Part shown: one piece after another, positions 9,939 through 19,177 of the stretch
How positions within the stretch are numbered: position 1 is the stretch's first letter
Layout of the letters: each line of letters begins with the position of its first letter
DNA from: Promethearchaeota archaeon
GTDB taxonomy: Archaea; Asgardarchaeota; Lokiarchaeia; Sigyniarchaeales; SOKP01
NCBI GenBank assembly: GCA_048939015.1
Contig: JBHLPW010000009.1
Location: 25,495-89,494 of the forward strand
Length of the DNA stretch: 64,000 nucleotides
Direction: 5' to 3'
The notes under the pieces: generated by a model
Seen by the model: only the letters and a program-made list of their open reading frames with translations
The model's database searches: none
Told to the model about the DNA's origin: nothing
Made by a program: the position numbers and the translations under genes

Positions 9939-10862
9939 ATGCCAAGAGCAATAATATTATATGAAATTGATCCTTCATTTGGCCCCAATATAATCGCAGA
10001 ATATTACTTGAAACAAGCTGAAAAAATTCCACAATCGGTATTAAAGGAATTTTCAGAAAAACATAGTAAAAAGGGATTAGTAGATGTAACTGTGCGATCG
10101 GAAAATGACCGATTTTATTCTAGTAAAATTAATGCTGAATCTATTGACAAAGACAATCTTTTCATTGGCTCAATTTTACAAGAAGGGGAAGACCTGATTT
10201 CTTTGAAAAGCTTCGTTGAAAATTTAAAGGATAAAATTCTACAAAATTTTTCTAGTGATAGAAAAATGATGAATGATTTTCTACAAAATGCCTTAAAATC
10301 CATTTTGGGGTTAATCCAAAAGTTACAAGAACCAAAAATTATCAAAGAGACTATTAATGATAGAACAAAAGCAATGCTTGATGAAGGTAAACTAACTGAA
10401 GCACGTGAATTGATAGATTTAGGTGAAGAAATACCTATAAAACTTGCTGAGGAAGTAAAAATTGCTGAGCAATTTGTAAAAGATGAATTTTATAAAAAAG
10501 CTAAAAAAAGTTTTTTAAAAGCTGCCGAATTAGCGACATCAATACAAGAAGACGAAATTGCTTCTTTCTTAGAAAACAAGGGAGAACAAGTTGGCTTGTT
10601 TCCTGATTTAATAAAAGAAAAAGAGAATCTAAATAAAGAAATATTGAAAATTTCTAATGATTTAGACAGTATTAAATTAAATAAATATGGCAGTTTTATT
10701 GAACCGGTTGAAAGGTTAATTGAGATTTCGCAAATCTTTGAAGAAAATGAACAAATTGAAATTCTGACAAAATTAAAAAGCGATGCTCAAAGGGCTTCTC
10801 GATTAGCAAAAGATTTAATAAATCTAGATGAAAAAATAAGAGAACATATAAAAAAAATTTAA
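9939..10862 (+). CDS. Hypothetical protein; N-terminal uDENN/longin-like motif and C-terminal helical region
   Basis: 'AIILYEIDPSFGPNII' parallels the N-terminus of 4104-5762; helical K/E-rich C-terminal half. Confidence 0.55.
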   Translation: MPRAIILYEIDPSFGPNIIAEYYLKQAEKIPQSVLKEFSEKHSKKGLVDVTVRSENDRFYSSKINAESIDKDNLFIGSILQEGEDLISLKSFVENLKDKILQNFSSDRKMMNDFLQNALKSILGLIQKLQEPKIIKETINDRTKAMLDEGKLTEARELIDLGEEIPIKLAEEVKIAEQFVKDEFYKKAKKSFLKAAELATSIQEDEIASFLENKGEQVGLFPDLIKEKENLNKEILKISNDLDSIKLNKYGSFIEPVERLIEISQIFEENEQIEILTKLKSDAQRASRLAKDLINLDEKIREHIKKI

Positions 10863-10872
10863 ATTTCTAAAT

Positions 10873-12696
10873 TTAATCCGTTGTTTCTTCATTAGACGGA
10901 GATTCCTCTACAGGAGGTTGGTATTCTCCAATATCCTTGAAAATTAATTTACAAATCTCCCAACCTTTTTCTGTGGGATATTTCAGAGCATTTGCAATTA
11001 ATTCTCCTCCAATTTCATTATCCAGTTCCACCTTATAAATTTCAGGTGTATTATTCAACATAGATTCGAATTTTGCCCCACTTGACCCCGTAGGTACAAT
11101 TAAAATTCCAAAATCAATTGCTTTCTCGGTAATTGCATCCTTTAATCGTTTTGCAGCATAGTAACCCGCTACTCCCGCACTTCTATCGAAAGTTTTAATC
11201 GAAGGGATCTCTAAACCATACTTTTTACCATCAGCTTGAATTAAGGCTGCCAGAGTTTGTGCCCTTTTTCCAAGTTTAAATTTATATTCCATCTGAGTCT
11301 TGAACTTTTTGCCTTTTTCTTCTCCAACCATATTTATACACTTTAAAGTGGCCCCTGCGACAGATTGAGGATTTACATCGATAGAATATTCTTCCTCAGC
11401 TAGAATATCTTCAATTGTTTTCTTAATAACTTCACGTGGCTTAGAAAAATCAATTACTTCTTCCTCTTCAATTTCTGCTTTGGGTTTCGCTGTTGCAACA
11501 ATATCTGCCCCAACTTCCAATAATTGATCAACGGTCATCTCTTCCATAACAACCTTATCTATAAATCTTCTGCAAAGTTTAATGGAATTCCTTGGATTAC
11601 CTTGGGTTTTTTCATATATCATTTCAATTAATTTCTCATTTAATGGGAATAAGGGATACAATGGTGGATTTAAATTATTATCTTCCCAGAAAGCTTCCAT
11701 AGATTTCGAGAAATATATTTTTAAATCATTTAGGCTAAATGGTTTCAATTCTTGTTCAGGTTCCATTCTTGATCTGAGTGGTGCGTCTGCAATTTCTATA
11801 ATGCGGGGCCAAATTTCTTTTAAAACTGCAATTGTAATTACAAGTCCTTTAACTTCATTATATAATCTTTTTAGGATTTCTAAAAACTTTCTTTCAGCAG
11901 ATTCTCCCAACATACGATAAGGTGACTCAAGTTCATCAAAATAAAGTATAAGAACACTATCTAAGTTCTCTGTTATGATTTTAATCATTGCGAGACACAC
12001 ATCATCTTCCTCTACAACCGAGTTTATTCCTAATTCATTAAGTTCTTCATCTTCTAGATCTTCACCAAGAAGCCATCTTTCTGCTAGCGCTTTTTTATTT
12101 TTATCTAATTGGTATGTTACTAATGCTTTAACACAATCAGCAAATACTCCTGGAAATTCTCTTATACCTTTTTGAATAACCTCATCGAGTTTAGGCTTTT
12201 GAAAAATACCTTTTTTCATACCACCCCATCGTCTAAGTAATTTCTCAGAAACAATATCTAACAATTCTGCTCCAAGCTCCTCGATTATACAGGTATAAAC
12301 ATGAAGTAAAACACGAATACTTGCTGGAGGACTTGGAACGTAAACAATAGTCCAATCTGCGGAAGTAGCAAATTTACTGGCATCGATTTCTTCGGATTCA
12401 TCTGCGCTTTCCAATTTTTTCCTATTTTCTCGTTCCTTATCTTTGAAAGAATGATAAGCATGAGTTTTCCCAGTACCCGCTGATCCTAAGATCGGAATCA
12501 GACGAGAGGATCTATCTCTAAAAGTCTGTTGAACAAGTCTATATACCTCTCGATCTATATAACTTCGGGGTCTTGATATATCAACTTTATCGGGAATATC
12601 TCCTCGTGAAACAAAAGTAGAAAAGGGCATTATTGGAGCTTCCCGTAAGACATCTAAATACATTTCCTTGTCATCATCGCTCAATTCAGAATACAT
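10873..12696 (-). CDS. P-loop (AAA+-like) ATPase of unknown function
   Basis: Walker A GSAGTGKT, Walker B VLILYFDELE, 'PLRSRM' Arg-finger-like, 'TQGNPR' motif. Confidence 0.75.
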   Translation of the reverse strand: MYSELSDDDKEMYLDVLREAPIMPFSTFVSRGDIPDKVDISRPRSYIDREVYRLVQQTFRDRSSRLIPILGSAGTGKTHAYHSFKDKERENRKKLESADESEEIDASKFATSADWTIVYVPSPPASIRVLLHVYTCIIEELGAELLDIVSEKLLRRWGGMKKGIFQKPKLDEVIQKGIREFPGVFADCVKALVTYQLDKNKKALAERWLLGEDLEDEELNELGINSVVEEDDVCLAMIKIITENLDSVLILYFDELESPYRMLGESAERKFLEILKRLYNEVKGLVITIAVLKEIWPRIIEIADAPLRSRMEPEQELKPFSLNDLKIYFSKSMEAFWEDNNLNPPLYPLFPLNEKLIEMIYEKTQGNPRNSIKLCRRFIDKVVMEEMTVDQLLEVGADIVATAKPKAEIEEEEVIDFSKPREVIKKTIEDILAEEEYSIDVNPQSVAGATLKCINMVGEEKGKKFKTQMEYKFKLGKRAQTLAALIQADGKKYGLEIPSIKTFDRSAGVAGYYAAKRLKDAITEKAIDFGILIVPTGSSGAKFESMLNNTPEIYKVELDNEIGGELIANALKYPTEKGWEICKLIFKDIGEYQPPVEESPSNEETTD

Positions 12697-12884
12697 TTTA
12701 ATCTCTTCTTGATTTTTTAATTTTTAATAACTTAGTTTTTATGCAGAATAAATTTATTAGTCCAAACAATTTTTTCTAGAATATAAGCTAATTAGTTTTT
12801 AGCGTTATAATATTTAATTAATAATTTTGCCTATTAAATTTAATTGATAATTAAAGATCCATAAATTTTACGAGGAAAATAAAG

Positions 12885-13550
12885 ATGCCTAAAAAAAACA
12901 AAGATGAGGACGAGGATGATAATGAGGAAAAAAAAGAACCTTTTGACTTCTATAAATTTTTTCAGCATCCAAATGAGTTTTTTAATAATCCAGATAAATT
13001 TGTAATGGATCCAACGAAATTATTTAGATCTAAAGATTTCCAACGCCTTTTTAAAGATATATTTGAAAAAATTACAGAAAATCTACCCTCTGAATTTCAG
13101 AATCTTTCACCAGAAGACATTATGAAAGAATTTACTAAACATAAAGGTAAGTTTGGTTTTCCAATAATGTATGGATTCAATATCAATATTGGACCGGATG
13201 GCAAACCTACTATTGATTCATTCGGAAATCTTAAGGCAAAACCGTATTCTGGAGAACCAGAAGTTAAAAAAGTTAGAGAACCATTAACAGAAGTGAATGA
13301 AGGAATAGATCAGATTATCGTTATTTGTGAAATGCCAGGTGTAACTAAAGAAGAAATTGAATTAAAAGCCACTAGAGATTCCTTAACGATATCAACAAAA
13401 TCTAGTGTTATTGGTAGGAACTATTATAAAGAGGTTAAGTTACCTTCAGCAATCAATTCAGATTATGCCCGAGCTAGATATACAAACGGTATTTTAGAAG
13501 TAAAATTGAAAAAGATTGATGAAAAACAAACAGATATTAAAATAGATTAG
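12885..13550 (+). CDS. hsp20: Archaeal small heat-shock protein Hsp20
   Basis: YGFNINIGPDGKPTIDSFGN, REPLTEV, EMPGV, ARYTNGILEVKL. Confidence 0.92.
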   Translation: MPKKNKDEDEDDNEEKKEPFDFYKFFQHPNEFFNNPDKFVMDPTKLFRSKDFQRLFKDIFEKITENLPSEFQNLSPEDIMKEFTKHKGKFGFPIMYGFNINIGPDGKPTIDSFGNLKAKPYSGEPEVKKVREPLTEVNEGIDQIIVICEMPGVTKEEIELKATRDSLTISTKSSVIGRNYYKEVKLPSAINSDYARARYTNGILEVKLKKIDEKQTDIKID

Positions 13551-13675
13551 CTTTTACTCTTTTTTCAAATTTTTTATTAGTAATTTTTGGTTTTTATTGG
13601 TATTTTTTGTACAAAACTTTATTAATCTCTTTAGCACATAAAATTTTAATCAATTTTAAATTGGTTGAAAAAAAA

Positions 13676-14701
13676 ATGTCTGAAAAAAATGAATATTTAT
13701 CAAAGAAAGCTCTATTAATTATTGGAATAATAACCCTAGTAATAATAATAGTTGGTTTGATATCATTAATCCCTGAAGTGAATCTAGCATTTTATTCTGA
13801 TAGTTCTACTGTACGAGCTATATTCAAAGCTATTACATATCTTGGTGAACCTATTATTTTTGTAGTTCTCCTAGCAATATTATACATAGTTTACGATAAG
13901 AAATATGCTAAAAATTTAGCTTTATGTCTATTATTTTCATATTATTTAAATGGATTAGTTAAACAAATGTTTCACGATACAAGACCGGCTCCTAATACAG
14001 ATCTAACTGAGGAATTAGGTGTTATTGAATCATCTTATGGATTTCCATCTGGTCATACTCAAAACTCAGTTGCTTTTTGGGGATATATTTCTTATGAATT
14101 TAAAGATAGAAAAAAGTATAACGAAATTCCGATAATTCCAATTATCTTTTCTGTCATAATTTTTCTTATCACAATTTCTCGGGTAGTAATTGGCGTACAT
14201 GATCTACAAGATGTGATTGGAGCATTATTGATAGGAATATGTTTTTTATTAGTATTCATATATTTAGAACCAATTTTAACACCGCAGTTTAACAAACTTG
14301 GCTTTATTGCAAAAATTCTGTTAACTGTAGTTGTTTCTATGGCATTATTCCTAATAGGAACATTTATGTTTCCAAGAGGATATGTAGAGTTAGCAACTCA
14401 AAATCTTCCCCCTGATTATCCAGATGCAGGAGCCTTTAGTTTAGTTGGAGGCGTATTATTAGGGTTCGGTGTTGGGTATCTAATTGAACAAGAGTATGTG
14501 AAATATGATCCTTCAGGACTTACAAATAAAAAGAAAATAATTAACTTAATAGTTGGTTTAGTTATTATTTTTATTGCATTTTTACCATTTGAATATCTAA
14601 TAAAGATCGACAGTGCCTTTTATAGATTTTTCCGATATGCTCTTGTATCTTTTATATTAACCTATGTAGTTCCACTAATTTGCACAAAAATCAATAAATA
14701 A
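13676..14701 (+). CDS. PAP2-family membrane phosphatase
   Basis: K..FHDTRP, FPSGH, SRVVIGVH motifs; ATG 13676 preferred over TTG 13607. Confidence 0.88.
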   Translation: MSEKNEYLSKKALLIIGIITLVIIIVGLISLIPEVNLAFYSDSSTVRAIFKAITYLGEPIIFVVLLAILYIVYDKKYAKNLALCLLFSYYLNGLVKQMFHDTRPAPNTDLTEELGVIESSYGFPSGHTQNSVAFWGYISYEFKDRKKYNEIPIIPIIFSVIIFLITISRVVIGVHDLQDVIGALLIGICFLLVFIYLEPILTPQFNKLGFIAKILLTVVVSMALFLIGTFMFPRGYVELATQNLPPDYPDAGAFSLVGGVLLGFGVGYLIEQEYVKYDPSGLTNKKKIINLIVGLVIIFIAFLPFEYLIKIDSAFYRFFRYALVSFILTYVVPLICTKINK

Positions 14702-14750
14702 TTTCAAATTTTTTTTCTTTTTTTTAAAAATTGAATATAAAAATCAAAAT

Positions 14751-14909
14751 TTATACAGATATATTTACTTCATTTCTTGCGACTTCCTTTAAAAGAATGC
14801 GGTTTACTAATCGTTTGTCGCTTTGGGTAACCATATCATGTGGAGTTATTATCTCGTTAATATAAATATCATCCCTATCGGGATGAGGTAATACCTTGAC
14901 AAGATGCAT
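14751..14909 (-). CDS. Possible small protein (52 aa)
   Basis: ATG 14909 MHLVKVLPHPDRDDIYINEII...; protein-like composition within an otherwise very AT-rich intergenic region. Confidence 0.4.
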   Translation of the reverse strand: MHLVKVLPHPDRDDIYINEIITPHDMVTQSDKRLVNRILLKEVARNEVNISV

Positions 14910-15024
14910 CTTAATTATGTGAAAAAAAAGTGATATATAAAATTTCCTATTTCTCATCTGAAAAAAAAGAAAATAAATATCTATTTTAATATTCAATCAA
15001 ATTTAAATTTATGAAACGATAATC

Positions 15025-15477
15025 TTAGAATAATTTCAATAATGGTTTGACTTTCTCTCTTCCTTCAGGGTTATCAACACACTTTAAAATTCTTTTTGCT
15101 AATTCCTTTTTTTTTCTATAATAAGTCTTCATTATATCTTCTATTTTTTTATCTGGATATCTTTCAACTAACGCAAGATCTCTTCTTGAACATCCACCTT
15201 GCCGCATGCAACAGTAAGAAAGCGAGCCAAAACAAACTAAATCTGAATCCCAGTTGTTTTCTTTTGAAAACTCTTCTTTTATTCGGATAAATTCAACTTG
15301 TCCAAGACCAAGTTCATCCAATCTTTCATCTCTTCTGCATTTAAAACCAAAAGTAAGAGAATAACCTGGTTTACAACAGAAGGTTAAAGCTCGATAATCT
15401 CCTCCCATACATATTGGTACTGGAGCATTTTTTTCCCATCCGGGAAGATTCCTAATTTTATCTTCTTCTAATTTCAA
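15025..15477 (-). CDS. Methanogenesis marker 9 domain-like Cys-rich protein
   Basis: GWEKNAPVPICMGGDYRALTFCCKP...CFGSLSYCC...GCSRRD. Confidence 0.75.
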   Translation of the reverse strand: MKLEEDKIRNLPGWEKNAPVPICMGGDYRALTFCCKPGYSLTFGFKCRRDERLDELGLGQVEFIRIKEEFSKENNWDSDLVCFGSLSYCCMRQGGCSRRDLALVERYPDKKIEDIMKTYYRKKKELAKRILKCVDNPEGREKVKPLLKLF

Positions 15478-15529
15478 AATGACCTTTTATAGCCATAGAT
15501 TATACTTTATCAAAATAAAAAAATAAGAG

Positions 15530-15632
15530 GGCTCGGTACGGGAATTGTTCCGTAAAGAATAAATTTCTTTTTGTTTGAACCCGTCTCTAGGGATTCACAG
15601 TCCCCAATACTAACCACTATACGAACCGAGCC
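15530..15632 (-). tRNA. tRNA-His(GUG) with encoded G-1 and 30-nt intron (15545-15574) in the T-loop; CCA not encoded
   Basis: Minus strand: G-GCTCGGT TC GTAT AGTGGTTA GTAT T GGGGA CT GTG AA TCCCT AGAG ACGGG TTCAA[intron]TT CCCGT ACCGAGC C. The acceptor, anticodon and T stems all pair. Confidence 0.93.
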
Positions 15633-15681
15633 GTGGTTTATTTTTTTAATAATAAAATTTAGTATTTGTTTCTAAAAAAAT

Positions 15682-16269
15682 TTAATTAATTGTTTCTTTT
15701 TCTTTCTCATTTATAACCTTTAACAGATAATTTAGACACACATCAATACTATTATTCAAATCTCCAGAATTATCTAAAACAAAATCTGCTTCTGGAAAAT
15801 TTTGGTTCATTCTTGCCCGTTCGATTCTTTCCTTCATTAAATCTTCAGTTTCTCTTTTTCTATCCTTTATTCTTTGATAGCTGATTTCAAAAGGAACCTT
15901 AATAAAAATAACTTTAACATTTTTATATTTTCCTTTAGCCTCTGCTACAATTGTCCGGCTAACATTAATAATAACTAAATGGTCATTTGCTAGATATTTT
16001 TCAATTTCTATAGGAACTCCATAATCTAATCCATAAATATGCCAGGATAATGCAAAATTTCCTTCTTCTTCCAATATTCTGAATTCACGAGTAGATATCG
16101 ATATATTCTGCTCAGTTTCAGAAGGTTTCCTGGTAATAAATCTTTTAGGAGCATAAATTTGTTTTAAATGAGATGGAAATTTCTGAACAACTCCATTGAT
16201 TATTGAATCCTTACCAGAACCAGAGTTTCCTATTATTAAAAATAGTACACCTGGGTAATTTTTTACCAT
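15682..16269 (-). CDS. phnN: Ribose 1,5-bisphosphate phosphokinase PhnN-like (guanylate kinase fold)
   Basis: GNSGSGKDS, RFITR, FALSWHIYGLDYGVP, VIINVSR, LDNSGDL. Confidence 0.8.
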   Translation of the reverse strand: MVKNYPGVLFLIIGNSGSGKDSIINGVVQKFPSHLKQIYAPKRFITRKPSETEQNISISTREFRILEEEGNFALSWHIYGLDYGVPIEIEKYLANDHLVIINVSRTIVAEAKGKYKNVKVIFIKVPFEISYQRIKDRKRETEDLMKERIERARMNQNFPEADFVLDNSGDLNNSIDVCLNYLLKVINEKEKETIN

Positions 16270-16417
16270 TTACTTAGTAAATTAATTAAAATAAATAATC
16301 ATTTAGAAAACAATTAAAAAATGAAAAAGCATAAAGTCTTATAAGTATAATATATCTTAATAAACTTGAAAAAAATTAAAATTGTATAAGAACATCTAGC
16401 AATTTCAAACTTCAGCT

Positions 16418-16840
16418 ATGGCAAAAAAGAATTCTAAGCAGAAATCAAAAATCTCTGATATTCCTGAAAGTTACCAAAGATATTTAGATGAAATTCATGA
16501 TATTTCCAAGAATAAAAAAGGTGGATGGGTTACAAACAAAGAAATTGCAGAAAACCTACAAGTTGAGCCCGCTTCAGTATCAGGAATGTTAGAGAAATTA
16601 AAAAATCGCGGATTAATTAAATGGGAACCAAGAAAATCTATCAGATTAACTGAAGAAGGCAAAATAATAGCTAAACAATTAAGTGAAATCCATAACCTTC
16701 TTTTCCAATTTTTTTCAAAAGTCCTACAAATAGAAGATGAAAAAGTCATTGAAAATTTATCTTGTGAAATAGAACACCATATCACACGAGATGTAAAGAA
16801 TTCATTAGAACAATTTCTATCACAATATCTGGATGGTTAG
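16418..16840 (+). CDS. DtxR/MntR-family metal-dependent transcriptional regulator
   Basis: YLDEI, IAENLQVEPASVSGMLEKL, IRLTEEG, CEIEHHI. Confidence 0.9.
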   Translation: MAKKNSKQKSKISDIPESYQRYLDEIHDISKNKKGGWVTNKEIAENLQVEPASVSGMLEKLKNRGLIKWEPRKSIRLTEEGKIIAKQLSEIHNLLFQFFSKVLQIEDEKVIENLSCEIEHHITRDVKNSLEQFLSQYLDG

Positions 16841-16905
16841 ATTTAATTATCATCTATAATTCATTGATACAACTAAATTAAAACATTTTATTTCATGATT
16901 TTAAA

Positions 16906-17664
16906 ATGTCCGAAGACTTAAATGAGAAAATAAAATACCTTCACAAAAAATTTGAAAATTTTTCTAATTTTATTGAATTGAGTGATTTTAGATCTTTATT
17001 ACTATTTACTTTAACCAGCCAGGTTCCTACTAATATTATGGCTCAATTGGGACTTGGTTCTAGTAAAGAAACTATAAATCTCCCCTATAATCCCGTATTT
17101 AATATTTATTATCAGAAAATTAATTTAATTGCAGCAGGTTCATTGATAACATATGTGAGAAATGAACCTATAACTGATAAATTCACATTAGAAAAAGATG
17201 ATCCTATTATAAAAAGCTTCCTAAATCCATATGAAATGGAATTAGCTTTTCGAGGTAAAGAAAAATTTATTTTTCCAATGATTAGTGATTGTAGTGCACT
17301 TGACACTAATGGGAATTCTAATTTAATTATAAAAATTGATGATATATTCCATTCACTTGAAAGTTTCCTAGCTGTTGCTGAACCGAATTTACTATTTGTT
17401 TTAAATGCATCGATTGAAAAAGAACCTGATATTTTATTTACCTTTAATATGATGCCAGAAATGCCAAGTCGTATGGATCAAAAAATCCTAAAAATTGATG
17501 TTTTTTTTGATACGGATCACAAAACAAGAGACATGACATATTTAAAACGAGAGCAGGATTTTTCTATAAAATATTTAGATTTTATTAGAGACGTAAGTCA
17601 TGCGGATACATATAAATCGTCTTATTCTTTAATAATTCACATAAAATCATTTTCAAAACCATAA
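16906..17664 (+). CDS. Hypothetical protein
   Basis: 252-aa ORF, co-oriented with neighbours; no motif recognised. Confidence 0.6.
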   Translation: MSEDLNEKIKYLHKKFENFSNFIELSDFRSLLLFTLTSQVPTNIMAQLGLGSSKETINLPYNPVFNIYYQKINLIAAGSLITYVRNEPITDKFTLEKDDPIIKSFLNPYEMELAFRGKEKFIFPMISDCSALDTNGNSNLIIKIDDIFHSLESFLAVAEPNLLFVLNASIEKEPDILFTFNMMPEMPSRMDQKILKIDVFFDTDHKTRDMTYLKREQDFSIKYLDFIRDVSHADTYKSSYSLIIHIKSFSKP

Positions 17665-17912
17665 CTAGACTCAAATATTTATATTTCATTTCTTAATTTT
17701 GTAGAAAATGCATATAATAAATGCATATTATCACATTAACACCTAATTACTTTTATTAGATAGTTGATAGAATTATATTCGTTAGCCATTAAGCGATTAA
17801 TACAATTAAAGGATTAATATAATCAATTTATAAAACATCCGACAAAATATATAAAGTATCTGAAGACATATTCAGAAAATTTTCAAATATTATATTAAAA
17901 GGGTTGTAAAAA

Positions 17913-18116
17913 ATGAAGATTATTACTATAAATTTACCAGAGAAATATTTGCAGGCAATTCAAATTTTAAATGATATGGGTGTGTATCCTTCCCGGAGCG
18001 AGGCGATAAGAATTGCTCTGGATGAATTCCTATCAAACGAGTTAAAAATGTACAGAGACCTCGATGATGATAGCTTTAAAATGCTTATAAGAAGTAAAAC
18101 TAATAAAAAAAAATAA
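17913..18116 (+). CDS. Ribbon-helix-helix (CopG/Arc/MetJ) DNA-binding protein
   Basis: MKIITINLPEKYL...GVYPSRSEAIRIAL. Confidence 0.88.
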   Translation: MKIITINLPEKYLQAIQILNDMGVYPSRSEAIRIALDEFLSNELKMYRDLDDDSFKMLIRSKTNKKK

Positions 18117-18366
18117 AACCTTTCTTTTTATTCTTTTTAATATCAACATTCTACATCGATATAGTTAAATTTCAAAATATTTTCTTGGGAATTTGGTGAA
18201 AACTTTAAATTAGAAAATACATATGCAGAATATTTAATACTTCTAAAACTGAGCATATTCTTAATAGAGTCCTCAAAGAGTATTCTTAAGTTTAAATATA
18301 ACGAAAATTGTACTCAAGATATAAATACTCAACTGCTTTATTTTCAATTAGAAATAAAGGAGATCA

Positions 18367-19011
18367 ATGGTAATGAAAATTGGTATAATTGGTACAGGTA
18401 GATTAGGAAGTTCTCTGGGTAAAATTTGGGCTGAGAAGGGTCATAAGATTATGTTTGGATCTCAAGATCCCGAGAAAGCAAAAAAATTAGCCAATTCAAT
18501 TGGAAACAGTGCAAATGGTGGAACATACAGAGAAGCTGCAGATTTTAGTGATATTGTCGTATTAGCGGTCCCATGGTCTGGAGCAAAAGAATCAATTAAA
18601 GCAGCAGGAGAGTTAAAAGGGAAGATTATCATTGATTCTACAACTACTGCCGCACCCAGTTTAGGAGGATTATCAACAGAACCTACTCCATCTGCAGCAG
18701 AAAAAGTTGCAAAATGGGCAGCAGGAGCTAAAGTAATTAAAGCAGTTCACACTATTGGAGTGGAAAGTTTACATAAATTAACATTTGGTACCCAACAAGC
18801 CAGCTTATTTATTTGTGGAGATGATTTAGATGCAAAATCTAAAACTAAACAATTAGGTATAGATCTTGGTTTTGATGTGATCGATGTGGGACCAATTAAA
18901 AATGCCAGACTTATTGAACCTCTTGCAATGCTTTGGATTGAATTAGCGTATAATCAAGGCATGGGAACTGATATTGCATTTAAATTATTAACCCGGAGAA
19001 AAACGAAATAA
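18367..19011 (+). CDS. F420-dependent NADP oxidoreductase-like (NpdG/Fno family)
   Basis: IGIIGTGRLG, DIVVLAVPW, ICGDD, DVGPIKNARLIE. Confidence 0.85.
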   Translation: MVMKIGIIGTGRLGSSLGKIWAEKGHKIMFGSQDPEKAKKLANSIGNSANGGTYREAADFSDIVVLAVPWSGAKESIKAAGELKGKIIIDSTTTAAPSLGGLSTEPTPSAAEKVAKWAAGAKVIKAVHTIGVESLHKLTFGTQQASLFICGDDLDAKSKTKQLGIDLGFDVIDVGPIKNARLIEPLAMLWIELAYNQGMGTDIAFKLLTRRKTK

Positions 19012-19177
19012 ATATTTCAATTTTTTATTTTTTATTTTTCTTCATCCTTATTTAAATTTTGAAATAAATTACTATCATTTTCTTCAAGAGATAATCATAG
19101 AAAAGATAATTAATTCAAAAATTATAAATAATCACACATAAATTATCTATCTATAATTGCTTTTTACTGATTAAATT

